A stretch of 64,000 bases of DNA from Deltaproteobacteria bacterium (lineage in GTDB: Bacteria > UBA10199 > GCA-002796325 > JACPFF01), in NCBI GenBank assembly GCA_016183065.1, contig JACPFF010000026.1, positions 4,476-68,475 on the forward strand, read 5' to 3'. Below the pieces are notes generated by a model. It did no database searches. It worked only from the letters and a program-made list of their open reading frames with translations, and was not told where the DNA came from. Below, one piece after another: positions 44,458-54,136 of the stretch. Made by a program: the position numbers and the translations under genes. Position 1 is the first letter of the stretch. Each line of letters starts with the position of its first letter.

Positions 44458-45828
44458 TCACCCTTGTGCTGGACAAAGGGGTGAGGAGAGCACGTCCGAA
44501 GTGAAAAATGTATGTATACGTTGTGCGAGCATCTGCTGCAGTATGAGGCAACGGTCGCGAGTCGAGGCGAACACGGCGTACATAAGACGCGATCTGGCGG
44601 GGATCTCCCGTAGTCGACTGACCGTGGCCCAATTCATGATCATGAGCCCTTCATCGGTGCGATAGGGGAGTGCTTTGACGACACGGTCATGAAACTCGGA
44701 GAACGTTGGACGATGCTGCAATGTAAACATCACCTGGTTTGATAAGAGACATAGACCGTGATGTCGCGCCTGATCCAGGGCCCATTGAAAGGACGAGTTG
44801 TTGAGTCGTGCGTTAATTTCCAGCAATGGATACACGGTTCCATTCTGAGCCACTAGCCCATCAACCCCAACAAGGCCCGTATAGCGGGCCGAGGCGAGTG
44901 CCGCTCCGATGACGTCGGCCGCATGACGGCACGTTGCCTCAATGTGCGCATCGGGCATCGCTGGCGTAAAATGACCGAGATGTTTACATCCCTCGACCAG
45001 GGCCTCTTTGTAGAGATAATAACTGACACGACCGGACGGGTGGAGAAAGAACTGATAGTTGAGGTCGTGGCGCTTTTCAATAAAGGTTTCAACAATCATT
45101 GTGCATGAATTGATGCTTCGGCGCTGGAGATATTCCAGATAATGCTCGAGTTCGGCTGTGGACGCGCACATGCGAATGCCGCGTCCACTGACTCCCATTG
45201 GATCTTTGAGCAACACCTTTCCATGTGTCTCTTGAAGCAACCGTGTGGCAATGTCATACAGCGCTGCCGGCGAATTGGCGATCAGCGAAGGGACGGTATG
45301 CGGCAATCCCGTCAGGCGGGAGGAAAAACACTTATCATTGACGCGATGGGTCACGTCAGAGGATGCACTGATATTTGGGATGCCCGTGTCTTGCACCAGT
45401 TGATCGGCTGCGATCGTGGCGCCATAAAAGAAGAAACGGAGACGATTGCGCAGCGGATGGGCAGCAAGGGCTGCAAGAGTCGGCGGATCACGGCAGATCA
45501 GCTCGCAGATGTCCAACGTTGGATCGTCGTGTTGCACGATCAGCATGCGACAACGCGCCAATCCGTACTCCTGCAGATATGCAAGGAACTGTGAATCCGG
45601 CGCGCGACGCAAAATCACGATATCCTGTGGGCGTGCCAACAGGAGAACCAATTCCTCCATTGCGGCAATCACCTGGCGCTCCGTTCGCGGCGCGACGGAG
45701 GGCCCCATAATGTTCAGTGGATTTTTTCGTGGCCAGTGACGTTCCACTTCACATTCGATGGCCCAAATAACGGGATGGGGACCGATCCAGTGGAGCAGTG
45801 GAAGTGCTATCGGAGAAAAGTGGAGCAT
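44458..45828 (-). CDS. ATP-grasp ligase
   Basis: KVLLKDPMGVSGRGIRMCAS, MIVETFIEKRHDLNYQFF and VYPLLEINARLNNSS are ATP-grasp nucleotide-binding and Mg blocks. Start at 45828 (GGAAAGGAAAG upstream); alternatives are 45921 and 45708. Confidence 0.65.
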   Translation of the reverse strand: MLHFSPIALPLLHWIGPHPVIWAIECEVERHWPRKNPLNIMGPSVAPRTERQVIAAMEELVLLLARPQDIVILRRAPDSQFLAYLQEYGLARCRMLIVQHDDPTLDICELICRDPPTLAALAAHPLRNRLRFFFYGATIAADQLVQDTGIPNISASSDVTHRVNDKCFSSRLTGLPHTVPSLIANSPAALYDIATRLLQETHGKVLLKDPMGVSGRGIRMCASTAELEHYLEYLQRRSINSCTMIVETFIEKRHDLNYQFFLHPSGRVSYYLYKEALVEGCKHLGHFTPAMPDAHIEATCRHAADVIGAALASARYTGLVGVDGLVAQNGTVYPLLEINARLNNSSFQWALDQARHHGLCLLSNQVMFTLQHRPTFSEFHDRVVKALPYRTDEGLMIMNWATVSRLREIPARSRLMYAVFASTRDRCLILQQMLAQRIHTFFTSDVLSSPLCPAQG

Positions 45829-46348
45829 CGCTTTCCTTTCCGGCATCTTGTTCGAATGCGGTCCATGCGCGCCGCAGATAGCGGCGTAAGACAAAGGCAT
45901 ATTTACTGATATCAACACCATACAATCGGACGTGATATTGTTGATATGACGTGTCCGCGGCGATCCGGAACACTACGGAGGGGATGATCTCGCAGGTCTC
46001 AGGGTTCAGTCGCCGGAGGTTGAGCCAACTCATAAGCTCACCGGCCGGACCATCGAGATGGAGGAGAACCCAGAGCGGAACCGTTTCTCGAAGGACCAGT
46101 CGCATTTCTCCATGTATCTGCAGCATCGCGCCGGAAAGGCCATAATGTACATGTGGTGCGCGGATGTACACGAACTGGTCAGGCCGTGCAGTAGTGGAAA
46201 AGACCTCGGGACGAAGCACTCCGGCATTACCGCAGTGACGGTAGAACATCGCCGCGATATGCTGTCCCCCAGTGACAGTCAGTGGTGCCCATCGCCGTGA
46301 CATGCGTATGAACGCATATGGTGCCAGGTGTTGTGTGTGGCGCCTCAT
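45749..46348 (-). CDS. Hypothetical protein (199 aa) inside the biosynthetic operon
   Basis: ATGA coupling with the ACP stop supports translation. No recognised motif. The 3' end overlaps the ATP-grasp ORF. Confidence 0.4.
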   Translation of the reverse strand: MRRHTQHLAPYAFIRMSRRWAPLTVTGGQHIAAMFYRHCGNAGVLRPEVFSTTARPDQFVYIRAPHVHYGLSGAMLQIHGEMRLVLRETVPLWVLLHLDGPAGELMSWLNLRRLNPETCEIIPSVVFRIAADTSYQQYHVRLYGVDISKYAFVLRRYLRRAWTAFEQDAGKESDAPLFSDSTSTAPLDRSPSRYLGHRM

Positions 46349-46629
46349 GCCGCACCAGCCTCTTGTTGTTGCGGTACTGTTAAGAGCTTTTGCACAAGCA
46401 GAGATACCAAGGCGCTGAGGCGCTCGAAGAGTTCTGGTGAGAGTTCGTCATCATCAAAAACAACGTGTAACTGGTTTTCAATGTCAACGATCAATTCCAT
46501 TACCCCGAGTGAGTCGAGCCCGATCTCAAAGAGGTTCGTCTCCAGCGAAAGCGAATGGTCTGTTGCACTGAGTTTGACGATCCGCGTGATCATGGGGTTC
46601 AGAATCGTCATGATCTGTTGCTCATTCAT
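46345..46629 (-). CDS. Stand-alone acyl/peptidyl carrier protein
   Basis: 94 aa. LFEIGLDSLGVMELIVDIE contains the DSL phosphopantetheine attachment motif. Confidence 0.85.
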   Translation of the reverse strand: MNEQQIMTILNPMITRIVKLSATDHSLSLETNLFEIGLDSLGVMELIVDIENQLHVVFDDDELSPELFERLSALVSLLVQKLLTVPQQQEAGAA

Positions 46630-47644
46630 GGTGCGTGCCTTTCTCGTGTCCGTAGTGCATCGGACGTGTCGGGGTGAAAATCATTGTGCAGAGAGTCGTT
46701 CCGAGGCCCGTTGCATGCAGTGCCACCGGCTTCTTTGCGCCTCGTCGCAAAACTTCCATCAGGCATCCAATGGCGATATGTGCAGATGTCAGTGCGTATT
46801 CCCGAACGTGGTCGTCAATAATAGTCCGCTTTGTCCGGGGATACGATGTCAGTCGGTCCATGGCCCGGTTCAATGGGGGATTGTTTGTCACAATGAATTC
46901 CATATCGTCGGCGGTGAAGCCCGTCTGAGTGAAGGCCCGTTCATATTCGTGGAGTGACCATTGCACACCCTTTACGGCCAGTGTGCGCAGCGTTTCCAAT
47001 GGTTCGCGATACCGTCGGCCGCCCTGGGGAATGCAGCGTGAGGCCACGTAGTGAATGGGGCCACCCTCGCGACTCAGGAGGACGGCGCTCCCAGCATCTC
47101 CAAAGATCAGATGGTTGACCACCCGTGGTTCACCACAATGCGTTGCCACGCAGTCTCCACCAGCCACGATGACCCGATGGATGTCGGGACGGGCGGACAT
47201 CACATACCACGCGGCTTCAATCGCGGCGATGCTGGACGCACAATTACGCTGAGTGACATGTGCGACGTAGCGCAGATCCATCATGCCTGTCAGTTCAGCA
47301 AGGCGCGATGGCATATTGATCGTAGTATCCTCGGGCCATGGAATGGCATCATAATAGAGCAAGGCATCGACGGCCGCGGGTGGCAGCGCATTGTTGGCAA
47401 GCAATTGCTCAACGGCCATCACGGCCAGATCCAGTGGGCGCTCGCTGCTCGCGATAGGGACAGAGGCGTACCCTGCGGCGCGATACGATGCGGGATCGAG
47501 CGAGGGGGTTGAGACATGATCATAGTTGGTGTCGAGACGCGTTCCCGCTGCAATGCGGGCCCGTTCGACGGCAATGACCTGTTCAACAGTGTAGCGTTTT
47601 GGTGCGGGGACGTACACGCAATCCTGGATGCCGATAGCGGCCAT
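46622..47644 (-). CDS. KASIII-like condensing enzyme/acyltransferase (Cys present, atypical His/Asn positions)
   Basis: Start MAAIGIQDCVYV with GAAAGGAGGA RBS. TQRNCASSIAAIEAAWYVM Cys box, IVAGGDCV, FGDAGSAVLL. Confidence 0.6.
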   Translation of the reverse strand: MAAIGIQDCVYVPAPKRYTVEQVIAVERARIAAGTRLDTNYDHVSTPSLDPASYRAAGYASVPIASSERPLDLAVMAVEQLLANNALPPAAVDALLYYDAIPWPEDTTINMPSRLAELTGMMDLRYVAHVTQRNCASSIAAIEAAWYVMSARPDIHRVIVAGGDCVATHCGEPRVVNHLIFGDAGSAVLLSREGGPIHYVASRCIPQGGRRYREPLETLRTLAVKGVQWSLHEYERAFTQTGFTADDMEFIVTNNPPLNRAMDRLTSYPRTKRTIIDDHVREYALTSAHIAIGCLMEVLRRGAKKPVALHATGLGTTLCTMIFTPTRPMHYGHEKGTHHE

Positions 47645-47675
47645 CGTTCCTCCTTTCGTGTGCAGAATGAAAATG

Positions 47676-48827
47676 TCAGATACGGAGATGCGTGCAGATA
47701 TGTTCGCGCTGCATCTCTCCTGTCCCTTCGAGAATATCAAAGACCTTGGCCGCCCGGTACAATCGTTCGAACAAGTGTCCTTCGACCAATGCCTCTGCGC
47801 CAATGATCTCGATGCCGCGAACGGCCATCCGCATGGCGAATTGTGCCGTGTATGCCTTTGCAATCGAGACGGCGTATTGGGCCGGGAGTCCGGTATCGTG
47901 GGCATGAGCGGCCCGTTGACAGAGCATCCGTCCTATGTGGATGTCACGTTCCACCTCCGGAAGTGTCTTGCCGTATTCGCTGCGCAATGTGTCGGCAATG
48001 GCACGCGCGATTCCCACGCTGATGGCCGAGACTTCGATGCGAAAAAAGCTCCACGCGGCCGTCGCACCATGGAATCCAGCCAGATAGGCCTTTCTGTCGG
48101 GGCCGCAGAGGAGTTGCGATTTGGGTACAAAGCACTCATCCAGGACGATTTCGGCAATGCCCGCCGCGCCAAGGCCCATCATTTTCTCGACGGTTCCAAT
48201 CGAAAATCCTGGGGCATCACGGTCGACAATGAAGGCACGCAATCCGAATTGTTTCCGGGATGCATCAATCGTCGCAAAGACAATCGTGTAATCCGCGCGG
48301 GCCCCATTGGTGATGAAGCACTTTGTCCCATTGAGGATGTATCCGCCGTCGACCTTGCGGGCGCGGGTCCGCAATGCTGTTGCATCGGATCCGGCATGGC
48401 TTTCGGTGATGGCAAATGCGCCCCATACATTGCGCTGTGTGCTGAACTTCCGAAAATAGCGCTCACGCTGCGCTTCGGATCCGAATGCGCAGAGCACCGG
48501 AAACGTCAGACTTGGGCCCGGCAACCCGCAGGTCAAACCGGGATCACCCCACGCGAGCTCCTCGGTCAGCAGAATACTGATCTGCGAGGAGCATTCAATC
48601 CGCCGGTCGCTGCCCGGAATCGGTACGCCCCCACCATACCTGCAGGGAACGTAGGCAGCGCTCAGAATGTCCGCCCAAGGATGTTCCAGGACTCGCGGGG
48701 GGATCTCTCCTGTGCGGTCTGCCACTGCTGCCGCAGGCCGGAGGTGCTCTCGCGCAAAACAGCGGGCTTCTTCACGCAACGCCGCGTGCTGTGCAGGTGT
48801 CAGTGTGGGTATTGGTGTCATTTGCAA
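47676..48827 (-). CDS. Acyl-CoA (or acyl-ACP) dehydrogenase, catalytic alpha-type subunit
   Basis: GAFAITESHAGSDATALRTRARKVDGGYILNGTKCFITNG and C-terminal FDILEGTGEMQR (catalytic-Glu region) are ACAD hallmarks. Confidence 0.8.
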   Translation of the reverse strand: MQMTPIPTLTPAQHAALREEARCFAREHLRPAAAVADRTGEIPPRVLEHPWADILSAAYVPCRYGGGVPIPGSDRRIECSSQISILLTEELAWGDPGLTCGLPGPSLTFPVLCAFGSEAQRERYFRKFSTQRNVWGAFAITESHAGSDATALRTRARKVDGGYILNGTKCFITNGARADYTIVFATIDASRKQFGLRAFIVDRDAPGFSIGTVEKMMGLGAAGIAEIVLDECFVPKSQLLCGPDRKAYLAGFHGATAAWSFFRIEVSAISVGIARAIADTLRSEYGKTLPEVERDIHIGRMLCQRAAHAHDTGLPAQYAVSIAKAYTAQFAMRMAVRGIEIIGAEALVEGHLFERLYRAAKVFDILEGTGEMQREHICTHLRI

Positions 48828-49755
48828 TGATGGCTCCGAGTTCTCGCAACATCGTTTTCAGCACCTGGGCATCACGCATCCATTTTTCGACAGGATGATC
48901 CTCGAGATAGCCATGACCACCCAAGACCTGTACTGCACCTTCAACAATGTCATCGAGCACAGTACAGAGCAGACATTGTGATTGCCATACCGCACCCGGT
49001 GTCTGCGGATGGTGCAACGCATGATCAAAACACGCTGTTGCCCGTTCATACCCAATGGCCATATTGGCGAGTTTCTGTGAGACGGCCTGCCACCGGACAA
49101 TGGCGCGTCCGAATGTCTGACGTTCATGGGCATAGGCATGTGCGTATTGAATCGTTGCACGCAGGAGACCGAATGTCACACATTGGTACAACAGACTGAT
49201 TTCGTCGAGGAAGCTTGCATAGTCGGATGTGGAGATATTTCCCAGCATCACACGCACCGGTGCGGATTGTGGCGCGAACCATGAAATGCCGCGAAATCCC
49301 ATATACTGGCGAGTGGCGGCCATGGTCGTACCTATCAAGAGGAGTTCGTGCCCACTGGCACTCGACCGAATCATATAGCTATCGGCTACCGGTACATTCA
49401 TCGCCATCACAAATGCGCACGGCTCATAGGGGAAAATCGGGGCCGTGACGAGCGGATGCGCTGCCCTCGACTGTAAGGCGCTGTGGATGAGTCCAGCAAA
49501 CAGACGGAGGGCGATGGCGGCGTCCCGCTGCCCGACGCACCCGATGATCTGTGCAAGGGCCGCTGCATCACAATATGGGTTGTGATAGAATCCCCCCGAG
49601 GCGATGTCGTGCAGGCCCAGTTCACTGGCCCGCGCGGCAATTGCTGACCACACGGCTGGATCTCGCTCCATGCGCCGTGACATGGGCGCCACGCATGTCG
49701 CGGCAAAGTCTTCAACCGGTGGCAACAACGCATTGGTCATTTCATTTGTGCACAT
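48772..49755 (-). CDS. Acyl-CoA dehydrogenase-like beta-type subunit (degenerate)
   Basis: YAHERQTFGRAIVRWQAVSQKLANM and VQVLGGHGYLEDHPVEKWMRDAQVL match ACAD C-terminal helices. The N-terminal and middle FAD/substrate blocks and the YEGT catalytic motif are not recognisable. Confidence 0.6.
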   Translation of the reverse strand: MCTNEMTNALLPPVEDFAATCVAPMSRRMERDPAVWSAIAARASELGLHDIASGGFYHNPYCDAAALAQIIGCVGQRDAAIALRLFAGLIHSALQSRAAHPLVTAPIFPYEPCAFVMAMNVPVADSYMIRSSASGHELLLIGTTMAATRQYMGFRGISWFAPQSAPVRVMLGNISTSDYASFLDEISLLYQCVTFGLLRATIQYAHAYAHERQTFGRAIVRWQAVSQKLANMAIGYERATACFDHALHHPQTPGAVWQSQCLLCTVLDDIVEGAVQVLGGHGYLEDHPVEKWMRDAQVLKTMLRELGAIIANDTNTHTDTCTARGVA

Positions 49756-49767
49756 GGCATTCGTCCC

Positions 49768-50769
49768 TTATTGGTGATATCGCAGACGCAAATCCGCCAA
49801 TCCGGTCACAGCGCGTACTTTGAATGGGGCCGCAGGGTTCGTGGCCACGTCAACGTGGACATCTGACAGGCCACTTTTGATGGTTGGGGCCACGACGGCC
49901 CCTTCGGGGAATTCAAGCGTGGAATCTGTGGCACCCGCACGAATGTCGACCTCTCCGGACGACGGCATCTGTATCCAGCGGAGAAACAATTCTCCCAGCC
50001 CTGTGCGGACCTCGACAGTTGACGAGCGGATCTCTCCCCAAAGGGTTCCCACGCCAACTTTTACTGCAAGTGGGCCTGCCAGGTTGGTGAGATGGAGTGT
50101 CCCTTTGCGCACTTCGGCAGTGATCGCAAGGCCCGAGGGGACCATGAGACCGACATCCACCTCGCAATCACCAGGATCCAGCACGGCCTTCTCGGTTTTG
50201 ACAACGATGCTATCTGCTTCCGTCGTCACTTCGGTTTGGCAGCTTGGACTGCTCTTGCGTGGGTAGGTGCGCAGCTCGATGGTGTCTGTCGCAATACCGG
50301 CGACATGTACCACGCCCACATCATGCCGCACAGTGAGGTGATCGACCTGCACTGCCGGAATCACCCGTGTGATATCGGGTGCCGTACTGGTGTCAAAGAC
50401 AAAAGCGGCATTTCGACCGGTTGTTTCTGCGACCTCTGTGGACATGTCGCGCTGTGTGCCGACGAATTGCGTAACGCTTGCGCGAAAAGATGCAACCGCT
50501 GCACGCACATTGTGCTCGACGGTGTGCGCCACACTGGTGGCAGTATTGCGTGCCGTCGCCCATATGGTTTGTTCATCCCAGCGGGAAGCCAATGCTCTGG
50601 TCCCGCCAAGCCATTGCATGGCCGTCTGTACCTCGTCGACCGCTTCAACCACATGGTCAACAAAAGATGCGGCGGTTTGTTGCACGCCAGATGTCACGTC
50701 AGCGATGAATCGCTCGATGTAACATGCGGGCACATTTGTACTGCTACTGCAGGTGCGTAGGTCTCCCAT
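49768..50769 (-). CDS. DUF4097-like beta-helical protein, no obvious signal peptide
   Basis: Repetitive V.V....G.L.G.I....V.V.TG.G strands (LAVKVGVGTLWGEIRSSTVEVRTGLGELFL) typical of the putative-adhesin DUF4097 fold. Confidence 0.5.
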   Translation of the reverse strand: MGDLRTCSSSTNVPACYIERFIADVTSGVQQTAASFVDHVVEAVDEVQTAMQWLGGTRALASRWDEQTIWATARNTATSVAHTVEHNVRAAVASFRASVTQFVGTQRDMSTEVAETTGRNAAFVFDTSTAPDITRVIPAVQVDHLTVRHDVGVVHVAGIATDTIELRTYPRKSSPSCQTEVTTEADSIVVKTEKAVLDPGDCEVDVGLMVPSGLAITAEVRKGTLHLTNLAGPLAVKVGVGTLWGEIRSSTVEVRTGLGELFLRWIQMPSSGEVDIRAGATDSTLEFPEGAVVAPTIKSGLSDVHVDVATNPAAPFKVRAVTGLADLRLRYHQ

Positions 50770-50852
50770 GAGACACCTCCTTTGGTGTTTGGTCAGGTAA
50801 GCAAGTGAATATCGCCATCAGTCAGCAATACGAACGATGCCGCGGAATGGTG

Positions 50853-51539
50853 TTATGATGACTGCGGATACTGCAGTGTGACGCTGCCAAAACCCACCTT
50901 GGCCTGCAGCAAAAACCCCGAGGTGCTACTGGTTTGTAATGCATTGATAATGCGACCAAAACCTTGCACGAGGTCCGGTCGGATGGTCGTGCCGCGGGGA
51001 AAGGTCAATGTTACGACCCCAGCGCCCGCCTTGATGGCGAGAATTCCGCGCTGTGGCACGTGGCCCCAGACAAGGTCGACGTGGCCCGCGCCCAGCTTGA
51101 TGTGGGTGTCCTCCGAATCGATGGTGCCTCGGACATGGCCCGCACCCATGTTAATATGCAATGGCCCCCGGAGATGCGCGAGCTGCACCCTGCTTGCTCC
51201 ACTGTCGGCACGCACCGCCAGTGTGCGCGGCATCGTGACCACAAGATCCACCTCACAGCTCAGGCCGGAAAAGAGGGCATGTGCGGTTTTCACGAGCACG
51301 GTGTCTCCTTCCGTGCGCACTTTTGTCAGACAGCTGAGTCCGCCTTTGACCTTCTCTGCCCGCACGTGAATCGTCTCTGTTTCCATTCCTTCGATCCGCA
51401 CCGTCCCTTCCTCGTGCTTGATCCATACGGTTGTCACGCCTGCCTGCGGAACGGTGTGATCCAGCAACACCTCACCGGCACGCGCAAGACTGCTCCACGA
51501 CAGAGCGCTGATCATGATTGTGACCATCAAGTAGAGCAT
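50853..51539 (-). CDS. DUF4097-like beta-helical protein with signal peptide
   Basis: Start MLYLMVTIMISALSWSSLARA with GGAGG RBS. Same strand-repeat pattern (LHINMGAGHVRGTIDSEDTHIKLGAGHVDL). Confidence 0.5.
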   Translation of the reverse strand: MLYLMVTIMISALSWSSLARAGEVLLDHTVPQAGVTTVWIKHEEGTVRIEGMETETIHVRAEKVKGGLSCLTKVRTEGDTVLVKTAHALFSGLSCEVDLVVTMPRTLAVRADSGASRVQLAHLRGPLHINMGAGHVRGTIDSEDTHIKLGAGHVDLVWGHVPQRGILAIKAGAGVVTLTFPRGTTIRPDLVQGFGRIINALQTSSTSGFLLQAKVGFGSVTLQYPQSS

Positions 51540-51571
51540 ATATACCTCCTCAGTATGCGTACGGCTGCGTC

Positions 51572-51823
51572 CTAAAACGGAACCTCGTTCATCCACTGCA
51601 TGGCACAGTGCCACCATCCATTATCGGCCACCACAGGCCAGCCGTCAGTGACCGCCTTCATTGCCTGCGCAACATGACCAATGAGCAGTGCCAATGCAAC
51701 CACGAAAGTCAGGCCAGGGACAAGGAAGATCACAAGGTTGATCAGGAGCACGATAAGGATCAACAACATCACGAATAAGCTGATGAATGCCAGGGTTGTC
51801 ATCAGGACCTCCATGACGGTCAT
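51572..51823 (-). CDS. Small 2-TM membrane protein
   Basis: LAFISLFVMLLILIVLLINLVIFLVPGLTFVVALALLIGHV. The start is one of several Met codons around the MATE stop. Confidence 0.4.
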   Translation of the reverse strand: MTVMEVLMTTLAFISLFVMLLILIVLLINLVIFLVPGLTFVVALALLIGHVAQAMKAVTDGWPVVADNGWWHCAMQWMNEVPF

Positions 51824-53190
51824 TGTACGGCGCATTGTGCGACAGCCACGTGCGGTCGTCCAACACGTTGTGATTGCATGAGCCGGCGGTAGGATCGGAT
51901 GAACCAGATGGCCTCCACTGCATGCAAGACATGTGACCATGGTAAGATATACCGCAACGCCATTGGCCCCATCACGGGCACGATGATCAGATAGGGAAGT
52001 AATCGGCCAAAGACCACGACGATCACCAAGGTGATGAGATTGGGATAGGTCTTCCCCGTCCCTTCAAAGGCTCCCTGACCAATAAATCCGAGGGCAAGAA
52101 ACGGAAATCCGACGACCTCAGACTGAAAAACGAGAACGGCAAATTCACGGGCCCCGGTGGCATCGGGAGCCAGCAGCGATAAGGCCGGCGCGATTCCACA
52201 ATAGCAAATGATGACCAGACCTATATATGCGAGCACGATAACACGAAATGTGGCGGACACACCATGCCACGCGCGGGCTATTTGTCCGGCCCCAAGGTGC
52301 TGACTGACAAAAATGCTTATGCCAACACTGATGGCAATGGCGGGGAACAGCGCCATGGTGCGGACTCGTTCAAGAAGACCAAGGGCAGAGAGCGTTTCTG
52401 TGCCATAGTGGGAAAAAAATCCGACGGTCATTCCGGCCTCGATGGCCCCCAGAAGATTGCCTGCCATTACCGGCACGGCCATCAACAAAAATTGCCGCAG
52501 CCATCTCTGAGAAACGGCCATCCATCGCGCAGGACGCCCGCGGATGGCCAAGCAACGCATATAGACCGCGGTGCACACTACCGAAATCCACATGGCGACA
52601 ATCGTCGAAAGTCCGATGCCACTGATGGAGAGATGGCCCGACCACAATAACGCGCCTTGGAGCGCGACTTTGGTCCCTATGAACGTCAGGGATCCAACAT
52701 AGGACGGTGAAGTATGGCCAGTCCCACCGCACAGGGCCGCTTGATAGGCCCGAACGCACCAGGGAACGATGCTGGCCACAAAGCACAAGGCATAGAGGGT
52801 AAACCCCTTCGAGACTACGGGAGACATGGTGAACACTCGAGGCGCAATCGGGAGCAGGGCAAATCCGCAGACGGTCACGAGGAGGCCCACTCCCACGAGA
52901 AGCCCCCATCCCGTATCGCGCACCTCTGCTAATTGCTGCGGGTCACGCGTTCCCACCGCCCGGCCAATCAGTACGATCAATGGGATACTGAATCCTTCCA
53001 GCACCGCATACACGACAAAGAGGCAGGGCGACAAATAGGTGGCTACCGCAATATAGTCGGCTGTGAGTCTTCCCAAAAAATAGATATCGACCGAGAGCCA
53101 GAGGCTATTGATCACCATGCTGGCGAAAATTGGTGCTGAAAGTCGTGCAATGGCACGACCGATCGGTTGCGTTGTGATATCGTCTCTCAT
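51820..53190 (-). CDS. MATE-family efflux transporter
   Basis: Start MRDDITTQPIGRAIARLSAPIFASMVINSLWLSVDIYFLGRL in ATGA overlap with the upstream stop. 12 TM with a two-lobe repeat. Confidence 0.75.
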   Translation of the reverse strand: MRDDITTQPIGRAIARLSAPIFASMVINSLWLSVDIYFLGRLTADYIAVATYLSPCLFVVYAVLEGFSIPLIVLIGRAVGTRDPQQLAEVRDTGWGLLVGVGLLVTVCGFALLPIAPRVFTMSPVVSKGFTLYALCFVASIVPWCVRAYQAALCGGTGHTSPSYVGSLTFIGTKVALQGALLWSGHLSISGIGLSTIVAMWISVVCTAVYMRCLAIRGRPARWMAVSQRWLRQFLLMAVPVMAGNLLGAIEAGMTVGFFSHYGTETLSALGLLERVRTMALFPAIAISVGISIFVSQHLGAGQIARAWHGVSATFRVIVLAYIGLVIICYCGIAPALSLLAPDATGAREFAVLVFQSEVVGFPFLALGFIGQGAFEGTGKTYPNLITLVIVVVFGRLLPYLIIVPVMGPMALRYILPWSHVLHAVEAIWFIRSYRRLMQSQRVGRPHVAVAQCAVQ

Positions 53191-54122
53191 GGCAGTTGCG
53201 TAATGAAATGATCGATAGCGGTCAGAAAATTTTCGGGTTCCTCTTGGAATGGATTGTGTCCCGAGTGGGAAAATATGATGCGTTGGGCATGGTGTATCGC
53301 CTTCCAATAGGTCTCCAGACACGCGCGATCGACAATGCGATCATGCGTGCCACCGATGACCAACGTCGGACACTCGACACGAAGCAGTTGCGGGGTAATA
53401 TCCCTCGTCATGACGCTGTGATATTCGCAGGCTGCGAACAAGGTGTCATCGGCATCCTGCAGACTGTTCGCATCATATTCCCCGGTGCTAAGCGTGCTGC
53501 GGATATTGGCCTCCATGGCCGTGCGAGTGGCATCGTGGTCCCGATAGTACAAACCCGCGATGCGAGCATAATGGAACAACTGTGTAAATCGCGCGAATCC
53601 CAATGGGAGTTGAGTAATCCGTGTCAGGTTGTGCAGGGCCTTGGCATTGTCAGAGAAAAAACCCCGGAGATGGCAGAGGAGATTATACAGCATCTCCGGA
53701 AACGAGGCGGGCCCGCACACGTTGATCAACGCCCGTGTCCGTCGGGGCATCTGACTGGCAAAGAGCCCGGCGAGCATGCCGCCCCACGAATGTCCCATGA
53801 CAATCATCGGTGGAAGGGCAAGCTGCTCATGCATGTGGCACAGGCCCACAAGGAATGCATCCGGATCATGATCCTCGCACGGGATGTCTCGTGGAGAATG
53901 TCCACATCCCGGTTGATCCACCCATAACACCGTGTAGCGGGCTTCCAAGAGGCGACCACAACAGGCAGAAAAGTATGCACAGTTGTCACCGGGTCCCCCG
54001 TGGAGAAATAGGACGACGGGTTGATCCGTTGCGTGGCGGACCAGTCGGTAGGCGAATGGTGGACTGGTGCGTGTAAACTCCCACTGAAATCTGTCTTGGG
54101 CCCCCTCGATCATGCAAGTCAT
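53187..54122 (-). CDS. Alpha/beta hydrolase, proline iminopeptidase-like (S33)
   Basis: VVLFLHGGPG oxyanion block, GHSWGG nucleophile elbow, C-terminal SGHNPF His. Alternative start at 54173. Confidence 0.75.
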   Translation of the reverse strand: MTCMIEGAQDRFQWEFTRTSPPFAYRLVRHATDQPVVLFLHGGPGDNCAYFSACCGRLLEARYTVLWVDQPGCGHSPRDIPCEDHDPDAFLVGLCHMHEQLALPPMIVMGHSWGGMLAGLFASQMPRRTRALINVCGPASFPEMLYNLLCHLRGFFSDNAKALHNLTRITQLPLGFARFTQLFHYARIAGLYYRDHDATRTAMEANIRSTLSTGEYDANSLQDADDTLFAACEYHSVMTRDITPQLLRVECPTLVIGGTHDRIVDRACLETYWKAIHHAQRIIFSHSGHNPFQEEPENFLTAIDHFITQLP

Positions 54123-54136
54123 TGTCGGCAGTTTCC

